Position numbers and translations under genes: made by a program. From Asterias rubens (Eukaryota), in assembly GCF_902459465.1 (NCBI RefSeq), contig NC_047065.1, positions 22,630,001 to 22,694,000 on the forward strand: DNA of 64,000 nucleotides, in the 5' to 3' direction. Below the pieces are notes generated by a model. The model was not told the origin of the DNA, did not search any database, and saw nothing but the letters and a program-made list of their open reading frames with translations. Below, one piece after another: positions 1 through 14,000 of this stretch. Position 1 is the stretch's first letter. Every line of letters starts with the position of its first letter.

Positions 1-697
1 TTTTCGAAGTATTATGATGTGCATTTTAAAGCAATTAATATTAATTAGCGAAAATTAAATTTAACCAGGACGTAATGCCAATAATGTTCACACCAACGCA
101 TGGTCGTACAGTCCACGACTATTCTGCTTAAATAGCGTGTAAAACAGATTTCGGCTGCTCTCAAACTTTTCTACAATGGTATACATGAACTCTGTAACGT
201 TCACTTAAGCCGCAAAACCACAACACACACGCTGTGTGTACATTGGGTAAGTTCACTCAGTCCCCACAAAAAAAGAGAATACCCCAGATCCAACTTGTGG
301 CTTACATCTGTTAAAAACGTTGGGTATTTTGGAATTCAATGTGTTCAATTTATACGTAGCTTCGAAGTTCATGATGACTGGTAGGTCGAAGACCATCCAC
401 AAACTATTGCTGCTGGCAGTGCTTGTAATAATAGCGTTATCCAGATGTTTGGATGTTCCGACCTTAACAAATTTAGTGATTTTTAACCGTACCGCGATGC
501 GAACGAGAAGACACATTGTGTTGTTAACTATGATACAGTCCCTGACTTCGCTGACTGATGCGTGATACCACAGTGGGGATAAATTACCTTAACAAACTGC
601 TTTAGTCAATTTCACACAGAAAAGCTAAACAATATTCGTATTATAACTCGTTATTATTATCATTACTCTTGAATTATATTAACTAACTGTACTTAGC

Positions 698-996
698 ATC
701 TCCGATCATCTTCTACCGCCCACCTGGAATTCAACTCTGGCCCTATCCCTCGCACTCGCTATGGAAACCGCTCCTTCTCAATCGCCACTCCCACTCTGTG
801 AAACAATCTCCCCGTTCATATCCGTGCCTCATCTACACTGGACTCATTTAAAACCGCTCTAACAACACACTTATTTAAATCCATCTAGTCTGTTCTGTTT
901 CTGCTATTTTATCCCACTTTTAATTGTCTTTCTTTTTTTATCATACACTTCCTGTTCAGCGCTTAGAAACCTTGTATTAAGCGCTATATAAATGCA

Positions 997-1036
<40 letters not shown>
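698..1036 (+). mobile_element. 3' end fragment of an L2/CR1-group LINE with (ATT)n tail
   Basis: Translates as ...PRTRYGNRSFSIATPTL*NNLPVHIRASSTLDSFKTALTTHLFKSI*. This matches the typical LINE ORF2 C-terminus (YG-R-FS--AP-LWN-LP...FK--LKTHLF). It is followed by gcgctatataaatgc and about 12 ATT units. Confidence 0.8.
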
Positions 1037-1037
<1 letters not shown>

Positions 1038-1537
1038 GCAGTGTTTAACTACTATTCACTCATCGTTTCATTAAAAACTGCATCAAATGTTGTTTCATAA
1101 GTATATTTTGTTGTTACTTGGTATTTGAAAATCCACAAAAAACAAACTCGACCAAGAATGTATCCGCTTGGCTTCAAACAATTTTTTAATGTCATTTATA
1201 AATTGGGAAATAAGTGCCTATATTTTGTATACTTTCCAAAGAAGTTGTTCAACCATGAGCATCTTTATACATCGTATAATGTTCAAATCCTATCCCTTCA
1301 TACTTTCATGCCTAGCATTGTACTGCACAACTTTTATTCAATTGCCCATTCGATTTGACCGATTATGTTTTCATTAAATGTTTGCATAATAGAGATCAAA
1401 CTACAGTCAAACTTATTCCTTATCAAATTAATATTTGTAGGTCGTAAGGGCGGGTAATGATTAACCTTATCACGGGGAGCATGATGTAAATCGAGATAAT
1501 GTACTACCTGAAAATACCATTGCACCAAATGCTTTAA

Positions 1538-1913
1538 AGGCAGTGGACACTATTGGTAAATTGTCAAAGAACAGTCTTCTCACTTGGTGTATCTCAACAT
1601 ATGCATAAAATAACAAACCTGTGACAATTTGAGCTCGATTGGTCGTCGAAGTTGCGAGATAATGAAAGAAAAAACACCCTTGTCACACAAAGTTGTGTGC
1701 TTTTAGATGCTTGATTTCGAGACCTCAAATTCTAAACTTGAGGTCTCGAAATCAAATTGGTGGAAAATTACCTCTTTCTCGAAAACTAAGTCACTTCAGA
1801 GGGAGCCGTTTCTCACAATGTTTTATACTATCAACCTCTCCCCATTACTCGTTACCGAGTGAGGTTTTATGCTGATAATTATTTTGAGTAAGTACCAATA
1901 GTGTCCACTGCCT
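1538..1913 (+). mobile_element. TTAA-flanked MITE family K1 (Kolobok-like non-autonomous), full copy
   Basis: TIR aggcagtggacactattggta / taccaatagtgtccactgcct, TTAA on both sides, 376 bp, many dispersed copies in the window. Confidence 0.9.
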
Positions 1914-2063
1914 TTAATCGGCGTAATCTTATCGTGGAGCACTGTTGTACCTTGGACCTTACTGATTAATAAGAGTTTTCTAATTTGTGTTCATTTTGAA
2001 ACGCCTAACGAGCATATTGAATACTTTAGTATTTATATGAGTTAAGAGGGCAACTGATGTGTG

Positions 2064-5000
2064 ATGGATGAGGGAAATATTGTCGTCCAAGATGGTGATG
2101 GTAGCGCGTCTGTCAATGGGGTGGAGAAACGTGTGCCGGAGGGAGATGGTGTCTCCTGCAGGAGTCACAAGGAGGAAGACGGGGACGAACCGGTGGCGCT
2201 CAAACGCCAGATCGGTCTGGTGGGTTGCATCGCCTTCGTAGTCGGTACCGTCATCGGCTCCGGGATCTTCATCTCCCCGAAGGGCGTGCTGCAGAACACC
2301 GGCAGCGTGGGGTTGTCTCTCGTCGTCTGGGTCGCCTGTGGGATACTCTCCACCATCGGGGCTCTCTGCTACGCCGAGTTGGGGACGTGCATTACAAAAT
2401 CCGGTGGTGATTTCACGTACATTTTGGAGAGTTTCGGCGCCGTGCCGGCTTTCCTGCGCGTTTGGACGCTCTTAGTGGCCGTGCGTACAGCATCGTTTGC
2501 CGTACTTGTTATTACAGCTGCAACGTATCTTATTCAACCATTTTTCGGTGACTGTGGAGTACCTACGTCTGTAATTCAATTACTTGGAGCTACACTACTC
2601 GGTAAATAACATAATCATCACTATAACAGCCATTGGACACTTTCGGTAATTATGCTACTTATATGATTTGAGTAATTACCAAACGTGTTCAGTATCTTGA
2701 AGAGCCAATAGCTCTCATTTGAAAATATTTATGACTGTGTCATTTACATTTTTATTAAATGCTTCTTTGCTTCATTAATTTGCATATTTGCGTTACAAAT
2801 GAACTCATATGTGGACATTGTAATATTTTAAGGTTTCTTAAAATAGAATACAATCAACACGACGTGAGAATTAAATGTCAATTTGAGTGGTTCAATAATT
2901 GACCTGTTGACCTTTATAAAGCACACTTAATTGGACCAAAAAGGGTCCTAACTGGGGTGCAAAGGAAGCAAATAATTGGACGATAATCGTTCCTTGGGCT
3001 TGAAACGTGTGCATGTTATGTCCCACCTTGTAGCGTTTCGCCTTATGCAAGGGGTTTATAATGACACATCACAACTAAATAACGACAGCGCACTATGTTA
3101 TGTGACCAAAGCATCTGACGGCCACAGCGCGTGCAGTAAACTGGGTTAGAGTTCATAATTCCATGTACGCCCTCTGAACAAGGCCTGCTCTGATTGTGAC
3201 GTGACTCCCCCTTTCAAAGGTTTCGATACATTGTGTAGGTCAAGTGCTTGGACATAACACGAATCCCTACACTGTAAATAAAGAGGTGTATATTTACCCT
3301 TAGAAGTTCAGCTTCAACAGTCGTCAAGTTTTTAGAAAAAAAAATGAAAACCATAACGCAACGTATGAGGCATTTGTACAGGCATTTGTCTCCGTTTAGA
3401 AGAAAACTTTGCTCGTGAAATTGTTTTACTAATTTTTCTAAAACAGCAACTCAGACACTTTCTACTATCATCATCTTAAAACCGTGTTAATGTTATGAAA
3501 ACCCGTGGAAGCTTGTGTGTTGTGAAGCTTCTCTTTAATTTAAGTCACTAGTTTGCTTTAATTTTAATCGACAACGCCCATCCAGTCGTGTCATGATGCC
3601 GTCAATTATGTATATGTGTTGTGACAGTACATCATTGAATTATCAATTAATGAAATAATAAAAAATCAAACATGCTGTGGTGCTATACAGAAACGTTTAG
3701 AACGAAAACCGGTTTTCGTTCTAAATGTTTATAGCACCACAGCATTTGAAAACAGAAATATTTCTTTGCAAAAAGAGCTTTTGACCAATTTAAAACAAAT
3801 AAACAATGCTAAATTGTACTTTGTAAAAATTAATATTATTCAATATTATTATATATAATTATAACATAATTTAAAGTATAGTTGCTAAATACGCCGCGCA
3901 AGAATTTCTAAGGTCGTGGATGGGTTCGAATCCCAACCGAATGATATGCCTGTGATATATATATTATATATATATTTTTTATTTTCATTTTTATTTTATT
4001 TTTTCGGGGGGGGGGGGGGGGGTCACAGTACCCGGTATATAGTGCTTACTCAGATCGGTTTATATGGGTAGAAAACAAAATTAATAATTATTCTTTATCC
4101 CGGATACAAGTTTGCATCTAAGTTAACTTTAATTTTTGGTTGGAGTGGTGTTCACGTATTATCTCTGTTAGCTAATCTTTTTTTCTGATTATCCCTCTCT
4201 GATTAGCTGCCGTGTTCTGCTTGAACAGTGTGAGTGTGGCATGGAGTAACCGAGTCCAGATTATCTTCAGTGTCGCTAAAATACTGGGTCTAGTCATCAT
4301 CATAGTGTCGGGCGTGGTTCTCATGATACAAGGTGATAAGTCCTTATTCAACATTTGTATTAGTTGATTAATAGATAAGAAAATACACCAAACAGTATTT
4401 ACCCTATATGGGTCGTTTTCCCCATTGGATGTTTTAAAGGCAGTGGACACTATTAGTAATTACTCAAAATAATTATTAGCATAACATCTTTCTTGGTGAT
4501 GAGTAATGGGGAGAGGTTGATGGTATAAAACATTGTGCGAAACGGCTCCCTCTGAAGTGCCATAGTTTTCGAGAAAGAAGTAGTTTTACACGAATTTGAT
4601 TTCGAGACCTCAGATTTAGAACTTGGGGTCTCGAAATCAACCATCTAAATGCACACATCTTCGTGTGACAAGGGTTATTTTTCTTTCACTCATATCTCGC
4701 AACTTGGACGACCAATTGAGCTCAAATTTTCACAGGTTTGTTATGTTATGCATATATTTAGATACACCAAGTGAGAAGACTGGTCTTTGACAATTACTAA
4801 TAGTGTCCACTGCCTTTAAGTGTAGAGTGGTTTTAAAAAAAAAACATCAAATACGGGTTCTGGTGGTAGAGTGTTGTCGTTTTGTCAGCCATACCACTCT
4901 CGCAAAAAGCCATATGGAGGAGAACTATTTTTTAGAGTGATAAACGGTACTTTCAAAATTTCACTCATAAAGAGTGAGACAGATTGACTTTCACTCTTAA

Positions 5001-8000
5001 TAGAGTGAAACTGACATCTGTCCACTCGGACAAGAGAGTGGAATTTTCATTCATTTACATTAAGAGAGTGGGTTCGAGTCACGGTCGTGACAGTTGTTTC
5101 CTTGCGCAAGATGCTTTACTATAATTGCAATTCTCTTCACCAAGGGGTATATTTGGGCACCTGCTGTTGTAAAGCTTGATATATATATATTGCATGGAAA
5201 GGCCTTTTGAGCGCTACATACTTGCTCGTGGTAACATGTTTACTCCCCTCCCCCATCATGAAGCTGAGAAAGTATAGAGGAATTTCATTGGCCCAATTGC
5301 ACACAAATTTGTATAGGAAAATTAAATCTAAAGGTGCGATTTTCTCCTGAAGTGCATATCTTGAGCACAGGGCACTATAAATGTAAAGTTCAATGGATTG
5401 GTTATTTTGAATTGCGCTGTATAAGAACTTTTATATTATTGGTGTTTAATACTTTGACACCAAACGTTGACGTCAAAAATACAGCGTAAAATTAACCCTT
5501 TGTAATAATAAAACGTCACCCTAATGACAGGTTTATCAAATTTACAGTTTTATTGGGTTCTGTTCATCGTTATCAATGCACACAAATCATAAAAGGATAT
5601 CCCATAAATTCAATAAATTAGACTCGATGCCAGTTGAGTCCTTACTATTATAAACACGGCAAACATTATTCGTGACTACCTTCACAGCCAAATCTGGTTT
5701 TAAGACCTCAAAGTCTGGCCAAATCCACCTATAAATAGTATGTGTCTGATATGCCAGCTGGTTGTGTCTGATGATGACACAGTTCATTGTTTTTTTGTTT
5801 TTTAATTTTAATAGTGCAATATTACGGTAATAACAAGAAAGATAAATACGACCTTTGCTTAGGTGTAACTGACTCAGTCGTATGCGCCAGTTTTATTTCC
5901 TCACGTAATCAAGCATTAACGAGATAAAAATGATCTAAAAACAAAGACTATAAAGATAACCGCCCTCTCTTGGCCATCGATGACGTCATACTCAACCTTG
6001 TAAAACATCAAATCGTACCGAATATTATCATACGTAGTTATAACGGGACATTTTTAAGTTTGAAAGCAGATTGTGTGTTAAATCGTACTGAAGCATAAAC
6101 ATGTATAGAGACGGGCAAGCGGCTTTAGACCATCAAATCTATAGTAATCGGTGTTGCTGGCCACAGCAGAATAGTAGAGTAATTAAAATATAGTTTACGT
6201 GTTGTAGGCACAACATTCCACTAGTTTACGTCAGGGGGTAGATCATACTCTATCGCTCGGAATTCCAGGGGGGGGGGGGCGGGTTGGTAATTCAACATTG
6301 ACCATTTTTCCTTGGCACATTCGTCCAATAGCAGACAGTGGACGTACATTTTATCAAAAGACTAAAAAGTTGTTACACTTTTGGTGATAATTCCAATATT
6401 TGCTCCATTACAAGTATCGTGCGCATTAAAAAGGAGATCATACTTGATTCGTGTGTGTCTGATTTCAAGATCACAACATTTTTTCCCACAGACGAATTGA
6501 GTTGTCCACAAATTGATTTCCGTGCAAATAGTATATTGATTTTAAATTCCTTTTTTCCCCCCTTTTTTTTAAGGAAATGTTGAGAATTTAAGAGATGGAT
6601 TTACTCCAGCCATCGAGGTATCCGCTTCAGATATCCCGTTGGCGTTCTACTCAGGTCTCTTCGCTTATTCTGGATGGTCAGTACAGGGCCAAATTTCATA
6701 GAGCTGCTAAGCACGAAAATTTGCTTAGCATGAAATTTCTTTCTTTATAAAAACAGGACTACCAACCAAATTTCCATATGTTGCATATTGCTTGTTACTG
6801 GTGTTCAGCTGTTGTTTGCTTATCCTGAAAATCCAACTGAAATTTTGTTGGTAATCCTATTTTTTATCGAGGCAAAAATTTCATGCTAACCAAATTTTTG
6901 GCTGAGCATCTCTATGAAATTGGGCCCAGATGGTTGTTGTTGTTGTTGCTGCTACGCTTTTGCTGCTGTTGTTGTTGTTGTTGTTGTTGTTAATGTTGTT
7001 GTTTTTGGCTCATGCTTTTGGTGTTAAATTTGCATCAGGGGTTAAGAATGGTTGCTGCATTGCTGCTTAAACGAGATGTGAAGGGAGGGGACAAAGATAT
7101 GTTGGGGGTTAGGTTAATGTATAAAACAACTCAATTTCGATTTACATTTTGGGGAATGGGGGGGGGGACGAGGGGATCCGAGTCGACCCTTTCCCCATCC
7201 ACCCCTGGGTACCAGGCAGCCTCGGTGGTAACAATAGCCTGCTCTATAGAATGGCAAAGGTCGTAGTTTCGAATCCCTAGCAAGGAAGAGCTCATGAAAT
7301 TACCAAAGATACTGGAGTTAACACACAAAGTATGGGTAAAAAAAAACCAAGAAAGTTGTTGGTGTTGTTGTCATGAGGTATTCCGGTTACAATTTTGAGA
7401 AATTTATTAAATTTGAAATTACCAATGGTAATTTGCAATATTGCTAATTTTCTCAACTCTTCGATGGTTACAGGCAATTCCTTCCAAGCTTCACAGAGGA
7501 AATTATTAATCCAGCAAGGTAAGAATATTTTAATAACTTTTTGTAACACAAAACACAATGTCCACAGATTTGCACCAAATATACACCGTTTGAAGATAAT
7601 GATAGTAGAAAGCGTATCTTAACATGTTAGTTGCTGAGGTGCTGTAGTTTTTGAGAAATTAGTAAAACAATGTCATAAAAATACGCTTTTATATGCTAAA
7701 ATAAGACGAAATTTATTTTGATGACTAAAGCACCTCAGCAATTAACATTTGCAAGGAAGCTTTCTATCATCGTTATCTTCAAACTGTGTAAGTTTAACGC
7801 CAAATCCTTGGACATTGTGTTTTTTGTCCTACAAAAAGTACATAGACCCTTTAACACCGATGATGATCCTGGGATTGCGTGCCTCTAAAAGTATTTTGCA
7901 ATTTCGTGAAGTACTAATGTTGGTACTTGTACTTGGTACTTGGACTCAAGTCCCTCTGGAGTACCGTTTTGATGGTACTAATATCTCGTACTCATGCAAG

Positions 8001-11000
8001 CAAACTATATTACTCACTCGACACTGGGCGGGAAAAGTAATCTTTTCAAAGAGATGCAAGCCCTGTATACTCTTTACCCTACTGTAAGTGTACTTCGTCT
8101 ACGATGTAATAATTTGTCGTCAACCAAACTGTTATTTGCGTTTTAAATTCTTTGAAGGAATATCCCAATTGGAATTGTCGTCTCTATGACCATTATCACG
8201 GGTGTCTACATCATGGCCAATTTAGCCTACTTTGTTGTCCTGACACCGGCTGAGCTCCTTGCGTCAGAAGCTGTCGCTTTGGTAAGTTGAAACGACGAGC
8301 TAGGCACTGGACACTATTGGTAATATACTCAATGCCCCTTATTTTTGACCGCGCGGGGGCGCTATAAATAGTATTTTGATCACTTCCGGGGGTACAGCGA
8401 CGCCCGCCAATAAAGGCCCTTTGACGCCGTAGTTCATTTGAGTGGATTAACTCCTTTAAGTCTATGTCTGGGTAACCATCAAAAACTTACCAGGCAATGA
8501 GCAATGGGGAGCTATTTATAGTATAAAACAGTGAGAAACGGCCTCCTCTAAAGTCACCTCGTTTATGAGAAAGAGGTAATTTCTCATTCAAGTTATAAAA
8601 GACTTCAGTTGAAGTCATTTAGTAAAATAAAATGCATCTGAAAGTGTTTTTTTCTCTGTCTTTGTTTTCTTGGCAATTCGATGACCAACCGAGCCCAATT
8701 AATGTTCACAGGTTTGTTGTTATACATACGTTGGAATACACCGAGTGAGAATACTGGTACCCACAAGCAATTGTGTTTCACTATATCAAAGTTGGTACCT
8801 TCGAACATCGGGTTTAGTCGAAGGCTGCCACAAGATTAAAGACACTGGACACTATTGGTAATTGTCAAAGACTACACTGTTATTCTCCTGTGTAAAATAA
8901 CGCTGTGTAACTTTTTGTTTAAACAACCTGTGTAATTTTTAAACAAGGTTGTGTGATCATATCCAAGCTGTGTAAATCCTATGTTGTGTAAATGTAGTTT
9001 TATGTTATAAACCGATATTTGCCGCCTAAAATGAACTTGAACAACTGTTGTGTAAACTTTTAAGCACGTGATATGAAAGTAGCCAATCACGACGTCACAA
9101 AAAAGCTGGAAAAATGGCAGACGTGCCGGAGTTGTTAGAGCAGTGGGGATTTGGGGATTTGGTTGAAGTTTTTGACGGTAAGTACAATGTTTCAATTGTT
9201 TTATTAATAAAAAGCACGAACATGAAGTATTGTAGCGTAAACTGTGTGTGATTTTATCACATGGCTTTTGGTAAATTAGCCCAAAATTTATTTCAAGAAG
9301 TTTGCTTACACGGCATCGACGGCACTGCATACAGTAGTGCACATGAAGTTCAACAGGAATATACGTTGATTCTGAACTGAAGGCTCGAAGTTGTTCGAAT
9401 CTTCGATCATATTTGTTCCGTGCAAGTTTATTATGTTTGAGCCAGAATTTACACCCAAAACAATTTTTTATTTGAAGGGTATTCCGTAATAAATGTGTTT
9501 GTGAAATGACTTAATATTAGTACAACCATTTGTGACCAATGATTTTCCGTTTCGGAAAAGTGCAAATTCCGTTTCCGTTTCCGACATAAAAATTCAGTTT
9601 CAACTTTACACGTTAAAAAACTCTCTATTAACCAACGGCCGATTCAGTTCCGGAGTTGGCAATTTTCAAAATTTTACGGATCCAATGTTATAGAGATAAG
9701 CAGTAAAAACAAGTTAGAAACATGCAACAGCCGTTGCGTTATCATTGCACCAAGACAGAAACAGAACGTCAGCCATTTTGTTTTCACTTTGGCGACAAAA
9801 TGTTGAAAGTTTATGGTTGATTTGTGACCTTTATGAGTGAACAATCAATGTGTGAGTTCATATAGAGCAGGGGTAAGCTGGTTTATGTATGGTTGTTGAT
9901 TAAAGGGAGGGATATAATGCAATTTGAGTGAAAAAAAACAGTAAAGAACGTGCCGTGAATGTGATGATTTTGACCTCCAACTCCGTAGTCATGGTATGGT
10001 AGTGTTACTATAAATACCATAGAGCAAGGCCTATGCTAATACATATACTAGCATTGTAAACAACGTGTATTCATTTGTACATCGTTCGTAGGCTGACATG
10101 ACCCTGGTTGAACTGACCGAGTCACAAGGTATGTGTTTGTTTGACCATTACTATTTTTTGACATTTTACACTTGTAAACAGATTTGCAGTTGGTTTTCAC
10201 TGTTTTAACAGATGCATTGTAAACCATATATTTAAACAAATATTGATGGCTTTATCTTGCAGTTCTGAAAAACATAGTTTCCCATGTGACATAGAAACAA
10301 TTGTTTATTTCTCACGGACTATTTCAAGTGAAAGTTTATGATTTATTTTCCAAATGGTCAGTTGTTTTTATGAAGAGTTGTTCTGCCTGCAGCTTTAAAC
10401 AAAATTCCAGTATAGTCAGTACACAATGCACTCCTATTGTAAACCTAGGCCATGAAATAAGTTGTAAGCAAAATGGTTGTTGAGCATAAAAGACAAGTTG
10501 TCATGTTAAGTTACACTCGATGAAATAAGCACTGAAATTCGACGGTTCACAATTTATTTTTATGGTCATTTTTTAGTTAAAGAAGCAATAACATGGATGA
10601 AACATAATGAAGAACCAAAGGCAATGTTATTTGAGTACATGGCCAACACCTGTAAACAACGTTACAACTGGATCAAGACAGATAGCCCAACTACAGCAGA
10701 GATCCTGGAGGTGTATCCTCGGCTGTTAGATCCAGGAATTGTAAGTTGCATGTTTTAATAACTAGCTTTTCTCTTTGTTGCAGTGGTATATGCGTGTTGA
10801 GTACAACATTTAGTAGAATTTAAGTTGCATTAATATGTTGGAATTAGACAGACAAAGATCTCTTTTTTACATATCAGCATCAACAGTGACCTATGGAGCA
10901 ATTATTCTGAATGTTTGTCCATAGCAACAACCTATTGAATCCGATGAAAGTGAAACTTTATTTAAAAGATAACAAATATATTTACTGCCAGAAGGTTAGC

Positions 11001-14000
11001 CAAGAGCATTCAATAGGGTGCAAAACTGTATGGATGTTTGCACAGCACAATTACTTTTATTGGTTGAACTTAGTTCAATTTTGTAAAAATCTAAATAATA
11101 ATTACTGACTATGGCTTTAACATAACAAATAGCCAAATTCAAATTGTGGAAGAAACCTCTAATCCAGTGAAAACTGCACAGGACATTGACACTTATTGCC
11201 TTGTATTATTATTAAGCATAATGTATTGCCTTTACTAACAAATTGCTAATAACTTCAATAAAGGGTAATTATGACAAAAACTTTGAGAGATGCGGTGCGT
11301 AAATAATTAAAAAAGCTGGGAGACTGCATCCTTCTGCAACTGAGTTTTCCAGTTGAGGTTTTTGTGGTGGCTGTAGCGTTTGACACAGTTGTAAAAGCTC
11401 ACCTGATAATTATGTTAAACCATTTATTTATAACTCATTTACTTACTTATTTTCCTTATTATGACAACTTTAGGTTGAGCAAGATTTCCGACTGGCGATC
11501 TCTGAAGAGACTAACCAGCTTTATGCTAAGTGGCCTTCTTTTTCCAAACAAGTGTACAAGTACAACTCGAAGGTACTCGGGATCAATTGGGAAAAGCAGT
11601 TGGATGTAGGAGAGATCGATTTTGGCAACTTGACAGAAGGTGAGGTATATTAAATACCCAACATAATAATTATTCTTAACTTTACCTTATTATATTCAGT
11701 GCAATGTGGAAAAAGAATACTCAACAATTGTAAATTCTGAAAAAGAGTTTTGAAACTGAGCTTTGTAGTAGCCGTTAATTGGATTGATTCCATTTCCATT
11801 ATCGGGTGTATATCTTATATTAATTTATATTGCTACTACTTTCTGACATTTCTTATGACAACTTGGCAACAATTTCTTTTTTTGCTGCTTTAATTAGTTG
11901 CTTTAGAAATTACACACATGAGTGCCCTGAATATGGCCATTTTACAAGTGAACTCAAGGGACTCTTGCATTATTATTTCCATCAACATGTCTGCTCTGCA
12001 AGTGTGTATTTTTAACTGTCCCATTTTTCTCTCTATCCTGCAGTCGATTGACATCATACTTAATTTGTTCATTTGAATTATTTTCATAATTTCAGAGGAG
12101 TGTCAAGAACTGGCTTTCTCAGTTTTGCCATTACTTTTTGTGGGGAGGAGCAAAGGCATGAAAGGGAGATGTACCCCTGCAGAATCCCTGCGATCGTTCA
12201 TCGATATGAAACCAGTAAGCTATTTTTTTAATTTTTGAGAATTTGTTCAATATGTCATTTTGATAAGTGGTTTTTTATTGTCAGACATTGTAAGACGAGG
12301 CTAATTCCTCATTTAGCTGGGGATTAACAAAAGTAAATTTTGTCCAAATCAAGACACTTTTCGTTTGTAGTGTTTGCGACCCTTTTTTAGAAAAGTAGAA
12401 ACCATGTTTTCAGGTCTTCCATTTTACTATTTATTGGGAAAGCACTTCAAGGGTTTCAGTTTCCACTACTCCTGAAAATGCTAACTGATCCCTTTATACT
12501 TACAAATCTTGGTGCTTTTGGGGTTAACAAGGATCCTTTAATTTGATGGATGACAAGATACAATGAAAAAGGAGTCCTCTGGGCAATAGGCCTAGGTGCC
12601 AAAATAAACCAAATACACTTATCTTTAGAGCACACTGGATCCTGCATAATTGTTGAAAACAGACATGGTTTGGGATCCACTAGACCCCTTACATGTTTTA
12701 AGTGCAATCTCAGCTATTCAATTTTGTGCCAAGTGGGCTGTTCTTCTATGTTTAAATTATACCATATATTTTTTAATAGGAAGGTACTGACATCCAAAAC
12801 TACATGGCGAGCATTCCGGCAAAGGAACGCCCACAGCCCTTCATTCTTCTTCTTGGTGGAAGCAGGTTCAGCCCTCAACAAGTCTTCATGGTAGTGGAGA
12901 GAAGGGCTGTTTTATGTTCATCAATTCTTCAAGCAGTAGACATATGCATGAAAATTATCTATGTACTCGATTTGGATTACCAGCCACACTGCAGTGCAGT
13001 GTGGCACATGCTACAACACATGGTGTATATGTTGCCACCAGGTTCCCTGGCAGGTGTCTCATTGATAACTTTCCGAACTTGGCTGAGACATTTGCCAGAG
13101 GCCTAGGTAGGAATCTATTTTCAGATAGGTTATACACACAGCATAAATAAAGAAAATTCCGAAACAAAAATATATGTAATGGCAAAGAAATTATAATAAT
13201 AATGAAGTACATGCATAGTTACAAACAAAAACTGTTTTCAAAGTTTAAAGGCACTGGACATGTTTGGTAATTATCACAGACCAGTATTGTCACTTGGTGT
13301 ATCCCAACAAATGCATAAAATAACAAACATGTGAAAGTTTGGGCTGAATTGGTCATCGATGTTGCAAGAAAATAATGAAAGAAAAAACACCCTTGTTCCC
13401 CAAATTTGGGTGCTTTCAGATGCCTGAAAAAGGCTTCAGGCCTGAAGTCTTTTTATATTTTAGTGAGAAATTACCTCTTTCTCAAAAACTAATTGGTAAT
13501 TACTCAAAATATATATTAGCATAAAAACCTTCTTTGGTAACGAGCAACAGAGAGCTGTTGATAGTATAAAACATTGTGAGAAACGACTCCCTCTGAAGTA
13601 ACGTAGTTTTTGAGAAAGAGGTAAATTCTCACTAAAATAATAAAAGACTTCTGGCCAGAAGCCTTTTATTCCTATCTGAAAGCACACTAATTTGTACAAC
13701 AAGAGTGTTTTTTCTTTCATCATTTTCTTGCAACTTCAATGACCAATTGAGCCCAAATTTTCACAGGCTTGTTATTTTATGCATATGTTGGGATACACCA
13801 AGTGAGAATACTGGTCTTTAACAATTACCAAACGCGTATTGTAAAAGCATGTGAGATAATTGAGTTCTAAATCAACAAATTTGTTTACTTTTTGATGGCA
13901 GATGTGGACATGGGAAACCAGTGGTCAATTCATGACATGACCTGTACAATTTGTAGTCTTATATATTGTATAGTATGTTAATTCATTGACATTACCTGTA

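Noticed and set aside
2061-2063. GTG/TTG starts in the ORF track (2061, 30085, 44918, 58761)
   Set aside because: These are eukaryotic genes. The first in-frame ATG or a splice acceptor explains each exon.
3025-3065. Possible decayed hammerhead (GAAACGCTA with a short stem, minus strand); similar at about 32572-32612
   Set aside because: The CUGANGA box is absent or too mutated and helix III is not palindromic.
3915-3940. tRNA genes suggested by GGTTCGAATCCC boxes (also about 7255, 20427, 23878)
   Set aside because: No cloverleaf can be built, and the shared downstream bodies indicate SINEs.
8872-9480. Minus-strand 156-aa ORF at the left end of the CACTG element as a possible transposase
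   Set aside because: It runs through the subterminal repeats and TIR and has no recognisable motif.
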